64,000 nt of DNA from Syntrophales bacterium (GCA_963666365.2 CAXXNF010000001.1:1248001-1312000), one strand, 5' to 3'; numbered from the stretch's first letter, positions 1 through 10,380 are shown. Notes: generated by a model not told the origin, from the letters alone. Made by a program: numbers and translations.

Positions 1-1349
1 CGCCTGAACAGATTCTGTACATGATGAATCATGCCCAAGACACCGTCGTATTGATCCACGAAGATTTTCTGCCCATCCTTGAGGAAATATGGGATGAGCT
101 CGCCACGGTAAAGAAGGTGGTGCTCTTTTCGGACAGCGGCGCTGCACCGGATACGACGATTCCCATCGATATTGAATATGAGGCCCTGGTCGCAAGGGGT
201 TCGGCAGATTACACATTTCCTGAACTGAACGAAAACACCCCGGCCACTCTCTTCTACACCACAGGGACCACGGGACTTCCCAAGGGCGTTCATTTCGCCC
301 ACAGGCAAATAGTGCTCCATGTAATGAGCGAAGCAATCATGACGGGAAGTTATCACTCCGACGGACGATTCCACTCCAACGACGTGTACATGCCCATCAC
401 TCCCATGTTCCATGTGCACGCCTGGTGCTTTCCCTATGTCGCCACACTGCTGGGGGTAAAGCAGGTCTATCCCGGCAAATACGAACCGGAAATGCTGCTG
501 AAACTGATTCGCGACGAGAAGGTCACCTTCTCGCACGGCGTCCCCACGGTGCTCCTCATGATTTTGTCTCATCCCCTGGCAAAGGAAGTGGACCTCAGCA
601 ACTGGAAGGCCATTATCGGCGGTTCGCTCTTCCCAAAGGCCCTTGCAAAAATGGCCCTTGACATGGGCGCCCAGGTCTACGACGGATACGGCATGTCCGA
701 GACCTGTCCCATTCTCTGCCTGGGAAACCTGAAGTCTCACATGATGGACTGGGATAATGACAGAAAGGCGGAAATAGTTACCAAAACCGGTCTCCCCATT
801 CCGCTTACCGATCTCCGCATTATTGATGCCGAGGGGAAGTTCCTCCCCCATGACGGCAAGGCAGCCGGCGAACTGGTCGCACGCACGCCCTGGACTACGA
901 AGTCCTACTGGAACGAGCCGGAAATGACGAAGGAACTGTGGAAGGATGGCTGGCTCCACACCAAGGATATCGCCGTTATTGATGAAGAAGGGTACGTCAA
1001 GGTGACGGACCGCCTGAAAGACGTAATCAAGACGGGCGGCGAATGGATCTCCTCTTTGGATCTGGAGAATTGCGCAAGCCAGCACGAGGCGGTACATGAG
1101 GCGGCGGCCGTGGGAATTCCCGACGAGAAGTGGGGAGAACGACCCGTCATCATGGCAACGCTGAAGGAAGAATACAGGGGAAAGGTCAGCCCCGACGAAT
1201 TAAAATTATTCATGAAGAAATTCGTTGAAGAGGGCGTGATTCCCAAATACGGCATGCCCGACAGGTTTGAACTGGTCGATGCCATCCCCAAAACCAGCGT
1301 AGGAAAATTCAATAAAATTGAAATCAGGAAAATCATGGCTGCTGCCTGA
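1..1349 (+). CDS. Fatty-acid--CoA ligase (AMP-binding), 5' end truncated by window edge
   Basis: YTTGTTGLPKG P-loop, GYGMSET, DRLKDVIKTGGEW and PKTSVGK motifs; frame is open upstream of position 21 (PEQILY-M). Confidence 0.93.
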   Translation, partial: PEQILYMMNHAQDTVVLIHEDFLPILEEIWDELATVKKVVLFSDSGAAPDTTIPIDIEYEALVARGSADYTFPELNENTPATLFYTTGTTGLPKGVHFAHRQIVLHVMSEAIMTGSYHSDGRFHSNDVYMPITPMFHVHAWCFPYVATLLGVKQVYPGKYEPEMLLKLIRDEKVTFSHGVPTVLLMILSHPLAKEVDLSNWKAIIGGSLFPKALAKMALDMGAQVYDGYGMSETCPILCLGNLKSHMMDWDNDRKAEIVTKTGLPIPLTDLRIIDAEGKFLPHDGKAAGELVARTPWTTKSYWNEPEMTKELWKDGWLHTKDIAVIDEEGYVKVTDRLKDVIKTGGEWISSLDLENCASQHEAVHEAAAVGIPDEKWGERPVIMATLKEEYRGKVSPDELKLFMKKFVEEGVIPKYGMPDRFELVDAIPKTSVGKFNKIEIRKIMAAA

Positions 1350-1360
1350 GACCCTGTAAG

Positions 1361-1407
1361 GACGGGAATGACATTTGGGTGCAAGATTTTGTTATTCCCG
1401 TCTTTTT
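1361..1407 (+). terminator. Probable intrinsic terminator after the ligase gene
   Basis: GACGGGAATGACA...TGTTATTCCCGTC stem followed by a T-tract. Confidence 0.55.
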
Positions 1408-1556
1408 GTATCTTGAAGTCCTTATTCCCCCGTCCCTATTTGTCTTGTGATCAAAGCACATATTGCGTATAATGGCGACGCATTGAAAGAGCGGTGTGTT
1501 GTATGACCGGCTTTCGCGTTTCGACTGATTCGCAAAAAAACTGAAGGAATTGAAAA

Positions 1557-2447
1557 ATGAAAAGAGTGTTGCTGTTTCTGCTGACAAATATCGCCGTGCT
1601 CATTATTCTGAGTATTGTCTTGCGATTGTTGGGTGTTGACCGCATCCTGGACCAAAGCGGCACAGGTTTGAATTATTGGAATCTGCTGGTTTTTGCGGCC
1701 GTGTTCGGCTTCGGAGGATCTTTTATCTCATTGGCCATGTCCAAATGGATGGCAAAAAGGATCACAGGCGCCCAGGTTATCACCCAGCCGCGTTCCGCCC
1801 ATGAAATGTGGCTGGTGGACACGGTGAAAAAACAGGCGCAGATGGCGGGAATCGGGATGCCGGAGGTCGCTGTTTTTGACTCTCCCGCGCCCAACGCCTT
1901 TGCCACTGGAATGAACAGGAACAAAGCGCTGGTGGCTGTGAGCACCGGGCTCTTGCGCACCATGAATCGCGGGGAAGTCGAGGCGGTGCTCGCTCACGAA
2001 GTAAGCCACGCAGCAAACGGCGACATGATTACGCTGACGCTGATTCAGGGCGTTGTCAATACATTTGTCATCTTCATTTCGCGCGTTGTTGGTCATTTTG
2101 TTGATCGCGTGATTCTGAAAAATGAGGAAGGCCATGGCCTTGGCTTTTTCATCACCACCATCATCGCCCAAATCGTTTTCGGTATTCTGGCCAGCATCGT
2201 TGTTCTTTGGTTCAGCCGCGCACGTGAGTTTAGAGCGGATGCCGGCGGCGCAAAGCTGGCGGGCACATCCAATATGATCGCTGCACTGGAAAAACTCAAA
2301 AAAGGTGTCCAGGAGCCCCTGCCGGAACAGATGTCCGCATTCGGCATATCCGGAAAGCCCGCGAAGCACGGCCTGATGCTTCTCTTTATGAGCCACCCCC
2401 CCCTTGACGATCGCATCGAAGCGCTGAAACGCTTCGGCGGCATATAA
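1557..2447 (+). CDS. htpX: Membrane zinc metalloprotease HtpX (M48)
   Basis: [31 protein letters not shown] motifs; TM segments. Confidence 0.95.
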   Translation: MKRVLLFLLTNIAVLIILSIVLRLLGVDRILDQSGTGLNYWNLLVFAAVFGFGGSFISLAMSKWMAKRITGAQVITQPRSAHEMWLVDTVKKQAQMAGIGMPEVAVFDSPAPNAFATGMNRNKALVAVSTGLLRTMNRGEVEAVLAHEVSHAANGDMITLTLIQGVVNTFVIFISRVVGHFVDRVILKNEEGHGLGFFITTIIAQIVFGILASIVVLWFSRAREFRADAGGAKLAGTSNMIAALEKLKKGVQEPLPEQMSAFGISGKPAKHGLMLLFMSHPPLDDRIEALKRFGGI

Positions 2448-2471
2448 AAACAGTCGGTCTGGAGCAAAACC

Positions 2472-3872
2472 ATGCACACATTAAGAGCCCGCACCTTGCG
2501 GGAACTCAAGAGCACAACAGCCCGCCTTCCCGGCGTCAGGGAAGAGATGCGGATCAATCTTATGAAAAGGCTCGCCAGCGGCGAACATCTGTTTCCGGGG
2601 CTTATCGGATACGATGACACGGTGATTCCCGGTCTCATCAACGCCCTCTTGTGCGGCCATAACATCATAATCCTGGGAGAGCGTGGACAGGGGAAAAGCC
2701 GGATCATACGGCAGATGATGGATTTTCTTGACGAAGAAATTCCCGTCATAGAAGGATGCCCCATCAATGACAATCCCTTTGCCCCGATTTGCAGGGACTG
2801 CCGAAGGAAGGCCGCCGAGATGGGCGATGATCTTCCCATCGACTACATCCCCCGTGAACAACGGCTGGTTGAAAAGCTGGCCACTTCCGATGTCAGCACC
2901 GCCGATCTGATCGGCGAGGTGGACCCGATTAAAATCGCCGAGGGAAGAACCCTCGATGATGAAACCTCGATCCACTTCGGCCTTGTCCCTCGGGCGAATC
3001 GGGGCATTTTCGCCGTCAACGAACTGCCCGATCTGGCGGAAAAACTGCAAGTGGCTTTTTTCAACGTCATGGAGGAAGGAGATTTTCAGATCAAGGGATT
3101 TCCTGTCAGGCTTCCCCTGGACATTCTGGTGATCGCCACAGCAAATCCCGAGGATTACACCAGCCGCGGCCGCATTATCACTCCTCTCAAAGACCGCTTC
3201 GATGTGCAGCTTCGCACCCACTACCCGAAAAAACGGGACGAAGAAATCGCCATTATGGAGCAGGAGGGGCGCATTCCTGCCCTTGATGGAATTTCCATGC
3301 ACATGCCCTCCTTTATAAAGGAAATTATTGCAGAAATAACGCTGATGGCGCGTCACAGTCCCGAGATAAGTCAGCATTCGGGCGTGAGCTGCCGTGTGTC
3401 CATTCGGGCCTTCGAGTCCATTATCGGAAGCGCCGTCGCACGCTGTCTGGAAACGGGAGAAACCCGTGCCGTGCCCCGTATCACCGACCTTGAGTCCACA
3501 TACCCCGCCATGAGAGGAAAGCTGGAACTGGAATATGAGGTGGACGAGGAGAAAATAGAACAGATACTGGAAAATTTGAAATCAAGGGCGCTCAAAACCG
3601 TCTTTGACGAGCGATTCTCCATTGAAGACCTCTCTTCAGTGGTCAACACCTTTTCAAACGGGATGTCCGCCGAAGTCTCCCGGTCGCTTCCGTCAAAGGA
3701 CTACCTCGATGGCTTTTCCGTGATACCCGGTTTGAAACAGGCGGTGGGAAGGGTTGCCGATCCTGACAGTCACCCCGAAGCGGCCTCTGCCATTGAATTC
3801 ATTCTTGAAGGACTGCACCTGTCAAACAAGCTCAACCGCGAAATCAAAGAGGGAAGGGCCGTATACCGATGA
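2472..3872 (+). CDS. AAA+ ATPase, Mg-chelatase ChlI/MoxR-like
   Basis: GERGQGKS Walker A, RANRGIFAVNELPDL, ATANPEDYT, PLKDRF. Confidence 0.88.
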   Translation: MHTLRARTLRELKSTTARLPGVREEMRINLMKRLASGEHLFPGLIGYDDTVIPGLINALLCGHNIIILGERGQGKSRIIRQMMDFLDEEIPVIEGCPINDNPFAPICRDCRRKAAEMGDDLPIDYIPREQRLVEKLATSDVSTADLIGEVDPIKIAEGRTLDDETSIHFGLVPRANRGIFAVNELPDLAEKLQVAFFNVMEEGDFQIKGFPVRLPLDILVIATANPEDYTSRGRIITPLKDRFDVQLRTHYPKKRDEEIAIMEQEGRIPALDGISMHMPSFIKEIIAEITLMARHSPEISQHSGVSCRVSIRAFESIIGSAVARCLETGETRAVPRITDLESTYPAMRGKLELEYEVDEEKIEQILENLKSRALKTVFDERFSIEDLSSVVNTFSNGMSAEVSRSLPSKDYLDGFSVIPGLKQAVGRVADPDSHPEAASAIEFILEGLHLSNKLNREIKEGRAVYR

Positions 3873-5461
3873 AAAAGTCCTTCGTCTATAAAAAATGGGA
3901 CGGCATGCAACATCCCTTTGACAGCAGGGAAAAAGAAATCGTCGATGCCTTCATGGAGAATATCCTGAAGGGGCTGTCGCCGGAAACATCGATGGCCGGC
4001 ATGTTCTGGGACGGATTTACTCTCGCCGGCATGGATTTCAGGGTGATGGGGCTCGAAGAGATGCTGGGCGAGCTGCAGGAGGCACAGGCGCAACTCTTCA
4101 ACCGGTACAGCCTGGATAAAATATTCGACCGCCCCCTGGAAGATATCAGGACGCTGCTGGAAAGAGAGAACAGCCTTCGGGAGGAAGAGGAAATGGAAGC
4201 GCTCCCTTCATACGGGGAGCTTCCCCGCGGTCTTCTTGAAAAGATTCGCTCTCTTGCCCAGGTATCCTTTATTGACGAGGAAAGTGAAGCGCTCTTTGAA
4301 TCATGGCGGTCGCGACAGCAGGAGATCGTCGACCTTTATGAATTTTACGGCGCCTGGGCGTCGAAATTCACCGGCGATGAATCGCTGGATTTCGATCAGG
4401 CAGTGGAACTGATGCGCCGGATGGAAGAACTCACCAGGCTTCAGCGAAAGTTGCAGATGGGAAGAATCGGTGAAATCGACCAGAAAGATATCCTCAACCT
4501 TTTAGGCGAGCATGCCGGCCGGTCCTTCAATATTCTTCTGCAACTTCCCCGCATCGTCAACGACGCGGGCATCGCCACCCTCGATCACAAGGGACTCCGC
4601 GTGACCCCCCGGGGAATGCGCCGCCTGGGGGAAATGGCCTTTGGCGGGCTGTACCGCCACATCAAGAGGGATGGGGCGGGCGACCATCGAGGAAATGCGC
4701 CGCTCGGAGGCGAAATCGAACCGGACACGTCACGACCTTATCAATACGGGGATCGGTTCGACCTTGACATTACAAAGACTGTCATAGAGGCGGTGACGCA
4801 CCGGAGAGGCGGTCGGGACGGCGTCACACTTGCCCCTCAGGATTTCTACGTGAGAGAGCGGGAAACCCAGGTGGTGTGCACCACCGTGGTGCTTCTGGAT
4901 CTTTCCTGGTCCATGGCCTGGGGAGGGCGGTTCGAAGCGGCGAAAAAGGTCGCCCTGGCGCTGGACCACTACATAAGAACCAGATTCCCCAATGATCGCC
5001 TTCACATTATCGGGTTCTCCACCCTGGCGCGTGAGTTGAGAGGCCGGGACCTTGCCCTGGCTGTCTGGGACAGTGAACGTCCCTTCACAAATCTGCAGGA
5101 CGGGCTTCGCCTTGCCATGAAAGTGATAAAAAAAAGCGGGGCGCGAAACAACAGGGTCATTGTCATTACCGATGGACAGCCGACCGCCTATTTCCGGGGG
5201 CCTCATCTCCATGTGGAACTGCCCAACGACAGCCTGGGCATAAGCCCCAGCGCCTGTAAAGCGACTCTGACGGAGATACGAAAGGTCACCGCCCAGGGGA
5301 TGCACATCGATACCTTCATGCTCGACACCAACCCGGCCTTAGTTGAATTTACGAGGGAACTTTCACGATTGAACGGCGGAAAGGCCGTCATATGCAGACC
5401 CGATACATTGGGAGAACTGATCCTGGTGGAGGAGATTCGACGACGGCGGGGCAGAATATAA
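3869..5461 (+). CDS. VWA-domain protein, partner of the upstream AAA+ ATPase
   Basis: MIDAS DLSWSM, TNLQDGL, VITDGQPT; ATGA overlap with upstream gene. Confidence 0.88.
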   Translation: MKKSFVYKKWDGMQHPFDSREKEIVDAFMENILKGLSPETSMAGMFWDGFTLAGMDFRVMGLEEMLGELQEAQAQLFNRYSLDKIFDRPLEDIRTLLERENSLREEEEMEALPSYGELPRGLLEKIRSLAQVSFIDEESEALFESWRSRQQEIVDLYEFYGAWASKFTGDESLDFDQAVELMRRMEELTRLQRKLQMGRIGEIDQKDILNLLGEHAGRSFNILLQLPRIVNDAGIATLDHKGLRVTPRGMRRLGEMAFGGLYRHIKRDGAGDHRGNAPLGGEIEPDTSRPYQYGDRFDLDITKTVIEAVTHRRGGRDGVTLAPQDFYVRERETQVVCTTVVLLDLSWSMAWGGRFEAAKKVALALDHYIRTRFPNDRLHIIGFSTLARELRGRDLALAVWDSERPFTNLQDGLRLAMKVIKKSGARNNRVIVITDGQPTAYFRGPHLHVELPNDSLGISPSACKATLTEIRKVTAQGMHIDTFMLDTNPALVEFTRELSRLNGGKAVICRPDTLGELILVEEIRRRRGRI

Positions 5462-5474
5462 CAAGGAGACGCAT

Positions 5475-6053
5475 ATGAACATTCTGGGAATTGTCTGCAG
5501 TCCCCGAAAGGGGGGCAATACGGAGATACTGGTCCGGGAGGCCCTGGAGGCAGCCCGTGGATCGGGAAGTGAAACGGAGCTCTTTCTGGTGGCCGGCACA
5601 CACATTACCCCCTGCGACGGATGCGACGCCTGTATGAAAACCGGCCTTTGCGTCATCGATGACGACATGACGCCGCTCTATCGCCTCCTCGAAGCGGCCG
5701 ACGGCATTATATTCGGCACACCCGCCTATTTTATTAACGTGAGCGCTCAGGCGAAGGCCATTATCGACCGCACCTACTGCATGCTCCGGTCCGGGGCACT
5801 TAGAGGCAAATCAGCCGCCGCCCTCGTGGCCACGCGCAGAATCGGCGGCGGTCAAATCCTGAGTCTTTTGTACAGCTATTTTGCCGTGCAGGGCATGTTC
5901 ATCGCCGGCGGGGGAATCGGCTATGGTCGGGAAAAGGGAGAAGTACGCACCGGCCCCGGAGGAGCGCCCGTCTTTACCGCTCTCGAAGAGGCTCAGGCGG
6001 TGGGAAGAAGGATGGTGAAAACCATTCGGAAGCTCTCCGGTTCACCCCAGTAG
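5475..6053 (+). CDS. Flavodoxin-fold iron-sulfur flavoprotein (Isf-like)
   Basis: SPRKGGNT, CDGCDACMKTGLC, ADGIIFGTPAY. Confidence 0.88.
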   Translation: MNILGIVCSPRKGGNTEILVREALEAARGSGSETELFLVAGTHITPCDGCDACMKTGLCVIDDDMTPLYRLLEAADGIIFGTPAYFINVSAQAKAIIDRTYCMLRSGALRGKSAAALVATRRIGGGQILSLLYSYFAVQGMFIAGGGIGYGREKGEVRTGPGGAPVFTALEEAQAVGRRMVKTIRKLSGSPQ

Positions 6054-6073
6054 CGAGGAAAGGAGCATTGCTC

Positions 6074-7075
6074 ATGGCCGTATCGTATAAAACGCTGGGA
6101 TTCGTCAATACCCGCCCCATGTTCAAAAGAGCGCTGAAGGGCGGTTTCGCCATTCCGGCGTACAACTTCAACACCATGGAACAGCTTCAGGCAATCGTCA
6201 TCGCCTGCCTCGAAACCCAGTCACCGGTAATTTTACAGGTATCGAAGGGCGCGCGGGAGTATGCCGACGCGACACTTCTTCGCTATCTGGGACAGGGCGC
6301 CGTGGCGATGATGCGGCAGCGGGCGGCCGACAGCGCTGCCGGCGAGATCCCCATGGCGTTGCACCTCGATCACGGCGATTCTTATGAACTCTGCGTTTCC
6401 TGCATAGAACAGGGGTTTTCATCGGTCATGATCGACGGCTCTTTCCTCCCCTATGAAAAAAATATTGCCCTCACCAGAAAAGTCGTCGACTATGCCCGTC
6501 AATTCGATGTCACCGTTGAAGGCGAACTGGGGGTTCTCAAGGGCATTGAAGATGATGTGCAGGCGGAGGAACACGCCTACACCCGCCCCGAAGAGGTGCA
6601 GGATTTTGTCGAACGAACCGGCGTCGATTCCCTGGCGATTTCGATCGGCACATCCCACGGCGCCTATAAATTCACCAAGAAGCAGAATCCATTGCTCCGA
6701 TTGGATATCCTTGAAGAAGTCCAGCGCAAGATCCCCGACTTTCCCATTGTACTTCATGGATCATCATCGATTCCGCAGGACGCCGTCGACACTATCAACC
6801 GCTACGGAGGCTCGCTGAAAGACGCCATCGGGATTCCGGAGGAGCAGCTGCGCGAGGCAGCCCGCTCCTCCGTGTGCAAGATTAACATTGATTCAGACGG
6901 CCGCCTTGTCATGACGGCGGCGATTCGCAAAGTGCTGTCCGCCGCTCCGGAGGAATTCGATCCGCGCAAATATCTCGGACCGGCGCGTGAGGCATTGAAG
7001 AAACTCTACGCCCGGAAGAATATCGCTGTTCTGGGAAGCGCATCGAAGGCTCCCGAGATCATGGCGCTCATCTAA
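6074..7075 (+). CDS. fba: Fructose-bisphosphate aldolase class II
   Basis: LHLDHG, SSVMIDGS, VEGELG, GTSHGAYK, VLHGSS, KINIDSD, FDPRKYL; AGGAG RBS. Confidence 0.93.
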   Translation: MAVSYKTLGFVNTRPMFKRALKGGFAIPAYNFNTMEQLQAIVIACLETQSPVILQVSKGAREYADATLLRYLGQGAVAMMRQRAADSAAGEIPMALHLDHGDSYELCVSCIEQGFSSVMIDGSFLPYEKNIALTRKVVDYARQFDVTVEGELGVLKGIEDDVQAEEHAYTRPEEVQDFVERTGVDSLAISIGTSHGAYKFTKKQNPLLRLDILEEVQRKIPDFPIVLHGSSSIPQDAVDTINRYGGSLKDAIGIPEEQLREAARSSVCKINIDSDGRLVMTAAIRKVLSAAPEEFDPRKYLGPAREALKKLYARKNIAVLGSASKAPEIMALI

Positions 7076-7090
7076 CCGGGGCAGTCGGGG

Positions 7091-7924
7091 CTATTCCCCC
7101 CGCAGGTAGGCGGGAAGGTCTTTTTCTTCCATGCCCTGGAAACTGCAGAGAAGGGGACAGGTCTTGCAGGGCTCCTTCACCGCCCTCAGTGGCGGCTCCC
7201 CTTTTATGCCTTCGATAAAATCGACGCATTCGTTCACGTCCCCGTCGTTGCCGTCGATTATAATGGTCACGGACCCTTCAGCGCCCCCGTATCCCCCCGA
7301 TGCAAAGTGAACGGCGTCCACGTCGAAGAGATCCTCCAGTGCGTCAAGTTCGGTATAGACAATCCCGTCGGCAACGCATACCATGCCCACCCTGGCGCCG
7401 ATGCTCCGTTCGATGGCAAAAATACCGCCCATCCGCGAGGCCTCTTCCACCGATGGTATCATTTTTTCTAGTCCCACGGGGTAGACGATCATGCCCCCCC
7501 GCGCCTGCATTGCCAGATAAAACTCACCCATGGTGCCCCCGACGGGACTTGCCATAAAGACGCCGACCTTCCCCGTGTGATCCATTGCATTGACCCCTTT
7601 GAGAAGAATATCCCCTGGTCCCAGTTTGTCCAGCACCGACGAGGGCTCCACCTCGAGAATTTTACCCTTGTGGAAGGTAACCGGCTGGAGCCGCACCCCC
7701 TGGACCAGCGCGCAGAGGACCCCCCTGATTACCTGGCCGGCGACATATTTTTCCTTTTCAATCGTCTTTTCCAAAAGCTCTTCAGCGATGTAGGCATTGG
7801 TGGACCCGCGCCCCACAATCAGATACCCCTCGTTCATCGCTTCCTGAACTTCGGGCATCGCAGCCACCGCCTTGGCAATAAGTCGTTTTGATTCCGAAGA
7901 CGTCAATGTAAACAGGGCCTGCAT
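7091..7924 (-). CDS. Hypothetical protein with C-terminal CxxCxxxC (possible CoA-transferase/isomerase-like fold)
   Basis: 277-aa ORF with AGGAGG RBS; LTSSESKRLIAKAV, GSTNAY, KGVNA, PVGLEK, CKTCPLLC. Confidence 0.75.
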   Translation of the reverse strand: MQALFTLTSSESKRLIAKAVAAMPEVQEAMNEGYLIVGRGSTNAYIAEELLEKTIEKEKYVAGQVIRGVLCALVQGVRLQPVTFHKGKILEVEPSSVLDKLGPGDILLKGVNAMDHTGKVGVFMASPVGGTMGEFYLAMQARGGMIVYPVGLEKMIPSVEEASRMGGIFAIERSIGARVGMVCVADGIVYTELDALEDLFDVDAVHFASGGYGGAEGSVTIIIDGNDGDVNECVDFIEGIKGEPPLRAVKEPCKTCPLLCSFQGMEEKDLPAYLRGE

Positions 7925-8034
7925 AGCATAACCTCCTTTTCACTGTTGTTGGCGGGACGGACAGTCCCGTCACCCCCGATATTTTCACTGCAGCCGTGTG
8001 GAAAACTCCTGTAGGTCCGGCAGGACAGTAATTA

Positions 8035-8176
8035 TGACGCCACCGTAAAAAGACCCATTCCCCTCCCCCGGGGGGAGGGGATGAAGGGAGGGAAATCTTA
8101 AGCGCTCGTAATAACCTCACCCCAGCACTCTCCTCTCAAGGGAGAAGGTGATATCCGGCTTTTTACAGGATCGTCA
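8035..8176. repeat. MITE-like palindromic intergenic element
   Basis: Imperfect terminal IRs TGACGCCACCGTAAAAAGAC / GGCTTTTTACAGGATCGTCA (15/20), internal GC-rich hairpins, ATTA on both flanks. Confidence 0.6.
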
Positions 8177-8266
8177 ATTATAACGGATGTCACTATACCA
8201 CCTTTTATTCCCTTTACGCAAAAGACTATCGAAGCACTTGCAATGAAATTCTGAAGAGGGTACAAG

Positions 8267-8929
8267 GTGGGCAAGCACAGTTCGGTGAAAGGCAGGAGGA
8301 ACGGTTTATTGAGATTGACACTGGTGCGGCACGGACAAACACCATGGAATCGAGAACAGAGGGTGCAGGGAATCAGCGATATATCCCTGAGCAACCGGGG
8401 ACTGGCACAGGCGAACAATCTTGCGCTGGCCTTAAAAAATGAGCGGATTGCAACCATCCTTTCAAGTCCCTTGCGGCGCGCGCTGCAAACCGCCGAGGCA
8501 ATCAACCGTTTTCACGGTCTCGCCATAGAAAGGGATCAGAACCTGATGGAGCTCGACCAGGGGGATTTCGAGGGACAGACCTTCCCGGAAATTATGAAAA
8601 CCCATAAAGCGTTCCTCCAACGCTGGGCTGCCGACCCTGCATCGGTGATCATGCCGAACGGCGAATCACTGGAGCAGCTTCAAAGGAGGGCATGGACTGC
8701 GGTGGAACGCATTCTCGCAACAGAAACACACCACGCGGTCCTCGTCTCGCACAATTTCACCATTATGACCATCCTCTGCAAAATTCAGGACCTGAGCCTT
8801 CGCCATGTCAGGAAGGTCCATGTGGATGTGGCGTCGCGAACGACCGTGCAATTCAAGGAGGGGAGGGGGGAAATCATCCTCTTTAACGATGTGTCACACC
8901 TGAAAGGATCTGAACAGGTTAAGGATTAG
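8267..8929 (+). CDS. Histidine phosphatase family protein (CobC/GpmB-like); exact start uncertain
   Basis: LVRHGQT, SSPLRRALQTA, ELDQGDFEG, PNGES, VSH. Confidence 0.9.
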   Translation: MGKHSSVKGRRNGLLRLTLVRHGQTPWNREQRVQGISDISLSNRGLAQANNLALALKNERIATILSSPLRRALQTAEAINRFHGLAIERDQNLMELDQGDFEGQTFPEIMKTHKAFLQRWAADPASVIMPNGESLEQLQRRAWTAVERILATETHHAVLVSHNFTIMTILCKIQDLSLRHVRKVHVDVASRTTVQFKEGRGEIILFNDVSHLKGSEQVKD

Positions 8930-8944
8930 CCGGTTTGATCAACC

Positions 8945-10165
8945 TCAGAGCATTACCTCCAGCACGGAATCGATGCGTCGAAGGGCGGCGGCAACAGCCG
9001 CCGCCTCTCCCTGAGAAAGACCTTCGACAGTCTCCTCTGATACAAGTTCAACAATTCCATCAAAGGCCTTTCGGACGTTCAAGTCGTTATCCATGGCCTC
9101 GGTGAATACTTCCGTCATCTCGTCGGCAAGGGGAGACAGCTGCGCCTTTTGTAGGGCGGCGCCCTTTTTCGCAAGCTTCCCCATCACCGACCGGAACCGG
9201 CGAAGCAGGCATGCCTTTTCCTTCATGATTGTTTTCGAATAATTGAGGTTCTCCCGATAGTGTCCGTAAATCAGGAAAAAACGAATTTCTTCCGCGCTGA
9301 AACCCTCATCAAGAAGGGTATCAGTGTAATATACATTCCCCAGGCTTTTGGACATTTTTTTCCCCTCCACAAAGAGATGACGGCAATGCATCCAATAGCG
9401 GGCCATGGGATAGGGCCGTATCGATTCAAGAACAGCCATCGTATAGTCATGATGGCGGATAAGATTGTCAACGCCGCCGCAATAAATCGACAGAGGCTCT
9501 TCGATATAATGCCTGAGCACGCTGGCATCCTGAATGTTCCATGAGGGCCTCCCCGGACCGAGAGAACTGTCCCAGCAGACCTCGCCAAGGTCTGCACATC
9601 CGTGCCAGAGTATGAAATCACCCCGGTTCCAACGCATGCCGGGATAGGTGTCTTTGTGGAAACGACGTCTCTTCTTCGGCCATGTGCGCATATCGAGGCC
9701 GTAGAGTGTTCCAAAAAATGGATATTTCAGGGGGTCGAAATAAATATTTTCACGGTGCCGATAGGCAATTCCCCGGGCAAGCAGCTCTTCGATGATCGCA
9801 ACTGCGTCGTCCACCGCTTCGGAAGCCCGTCCCAGATAATCGGGAATTGTCATTTTGAGCAGGTGCATTTCTTTTAAGAAGGTTTCAATATTCATCTCCG
9901 TCAGAAACTTCACATCGGTTCCTCTTTTTTCGGCTTCGGCGATCGCCTTGTCTTCCACGTCGGTAAAGATGATCCCGCGCCGCACCCGGTACCCAAGAAA
10001 ACGAAGGTACCGCACAAGAATATCCTCAAAAAGAAAGGTGCGATGATTCCCTATATGAGCCCGCTGGTACACGGAGGGTCCGCAGGTGAAGATATTGACA
10101 ACATTCGAATTCATCGGGGTGAACTTTTCCATCTTCCGTCCGAAGGTATTGAAGAGTTGAAACAT
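8945..10165 (-). CDS. Cysteinyl-tRNA synthetase-like protein (divergent, short)
   Basis: TCGPSVY, HIGN, TDVEDK, KMSKSLGN, AMDNDLN; zinc-site motifs altered. Confidence 0.85.
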   Translation of the reverse strand: MFQLFNTFGRKMEKFTPMNSNVVNIFTCGPSVYQRAHIGNHRTFLFEDILVRYLRFLGYRVRRGIIFTDVEDKAIAEAEKRGTDVKFLTEMNIETFLKEMHLLKMTIPDYLGRASEAVDDAVAIIEELLARGIAYRHRENIYFDPLKYPFFGTLYGLDMRTWPKKRRRFHKDTYPGMRWNRGDFILWHGCADLGEVCWDSSLGPGRPSWNIQDASVLRHYIEEPLSIYCGGVDNLIRHHDYTMAVLESIRPYPMARYWMHCRHLFVEGKKMSKSLGNVYYTDTLLDEGFSAEEIRFFLIYGHYRENLNYSKTIMKEKACLLRRFRSVMGKLAKKGAALQKAQLSPLADEMTEVFTEAMDNDLNVRKAFDGIVELVSEETVEGLSQGEAAAVAAALRRIDSVLEVML

Positions 10166-10262
10166 TGCACAATCTCCCATCAATTGGTTTCTCTGTTGTA
10201 TCATTACCACTGCAGTTACATAACATCAAGGTCATGAACTCAGCAGGAATCGCACCACGCTC

Positions 10263-10291
10263 TTGACATGACCAAAGGAAAGATGCATTAT
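10263..10291 (+). promoter_or_regulatory. Putative sigma70 promoter for the DHDPS-family gene
   Basis: TTGACA-N17-CATTAT. Confidence 0.45.
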
Positions 10292-10380
10292 TCGTGAGGC
10301 TTACAGGCAGTCGTCACAATGCCGTTCCGACGCCGGGTCCGTGAGCCCGGGCCTATGCTCATAGCTGAAAGGAAAGAACC

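Noticed and set aside
10305..10355. Possible ZTP-type or other riboswitch upstream of the DHDPS-family gene
   Set aside because: GC-rich hairpin present, but the conserved aptamer elements could not be matched
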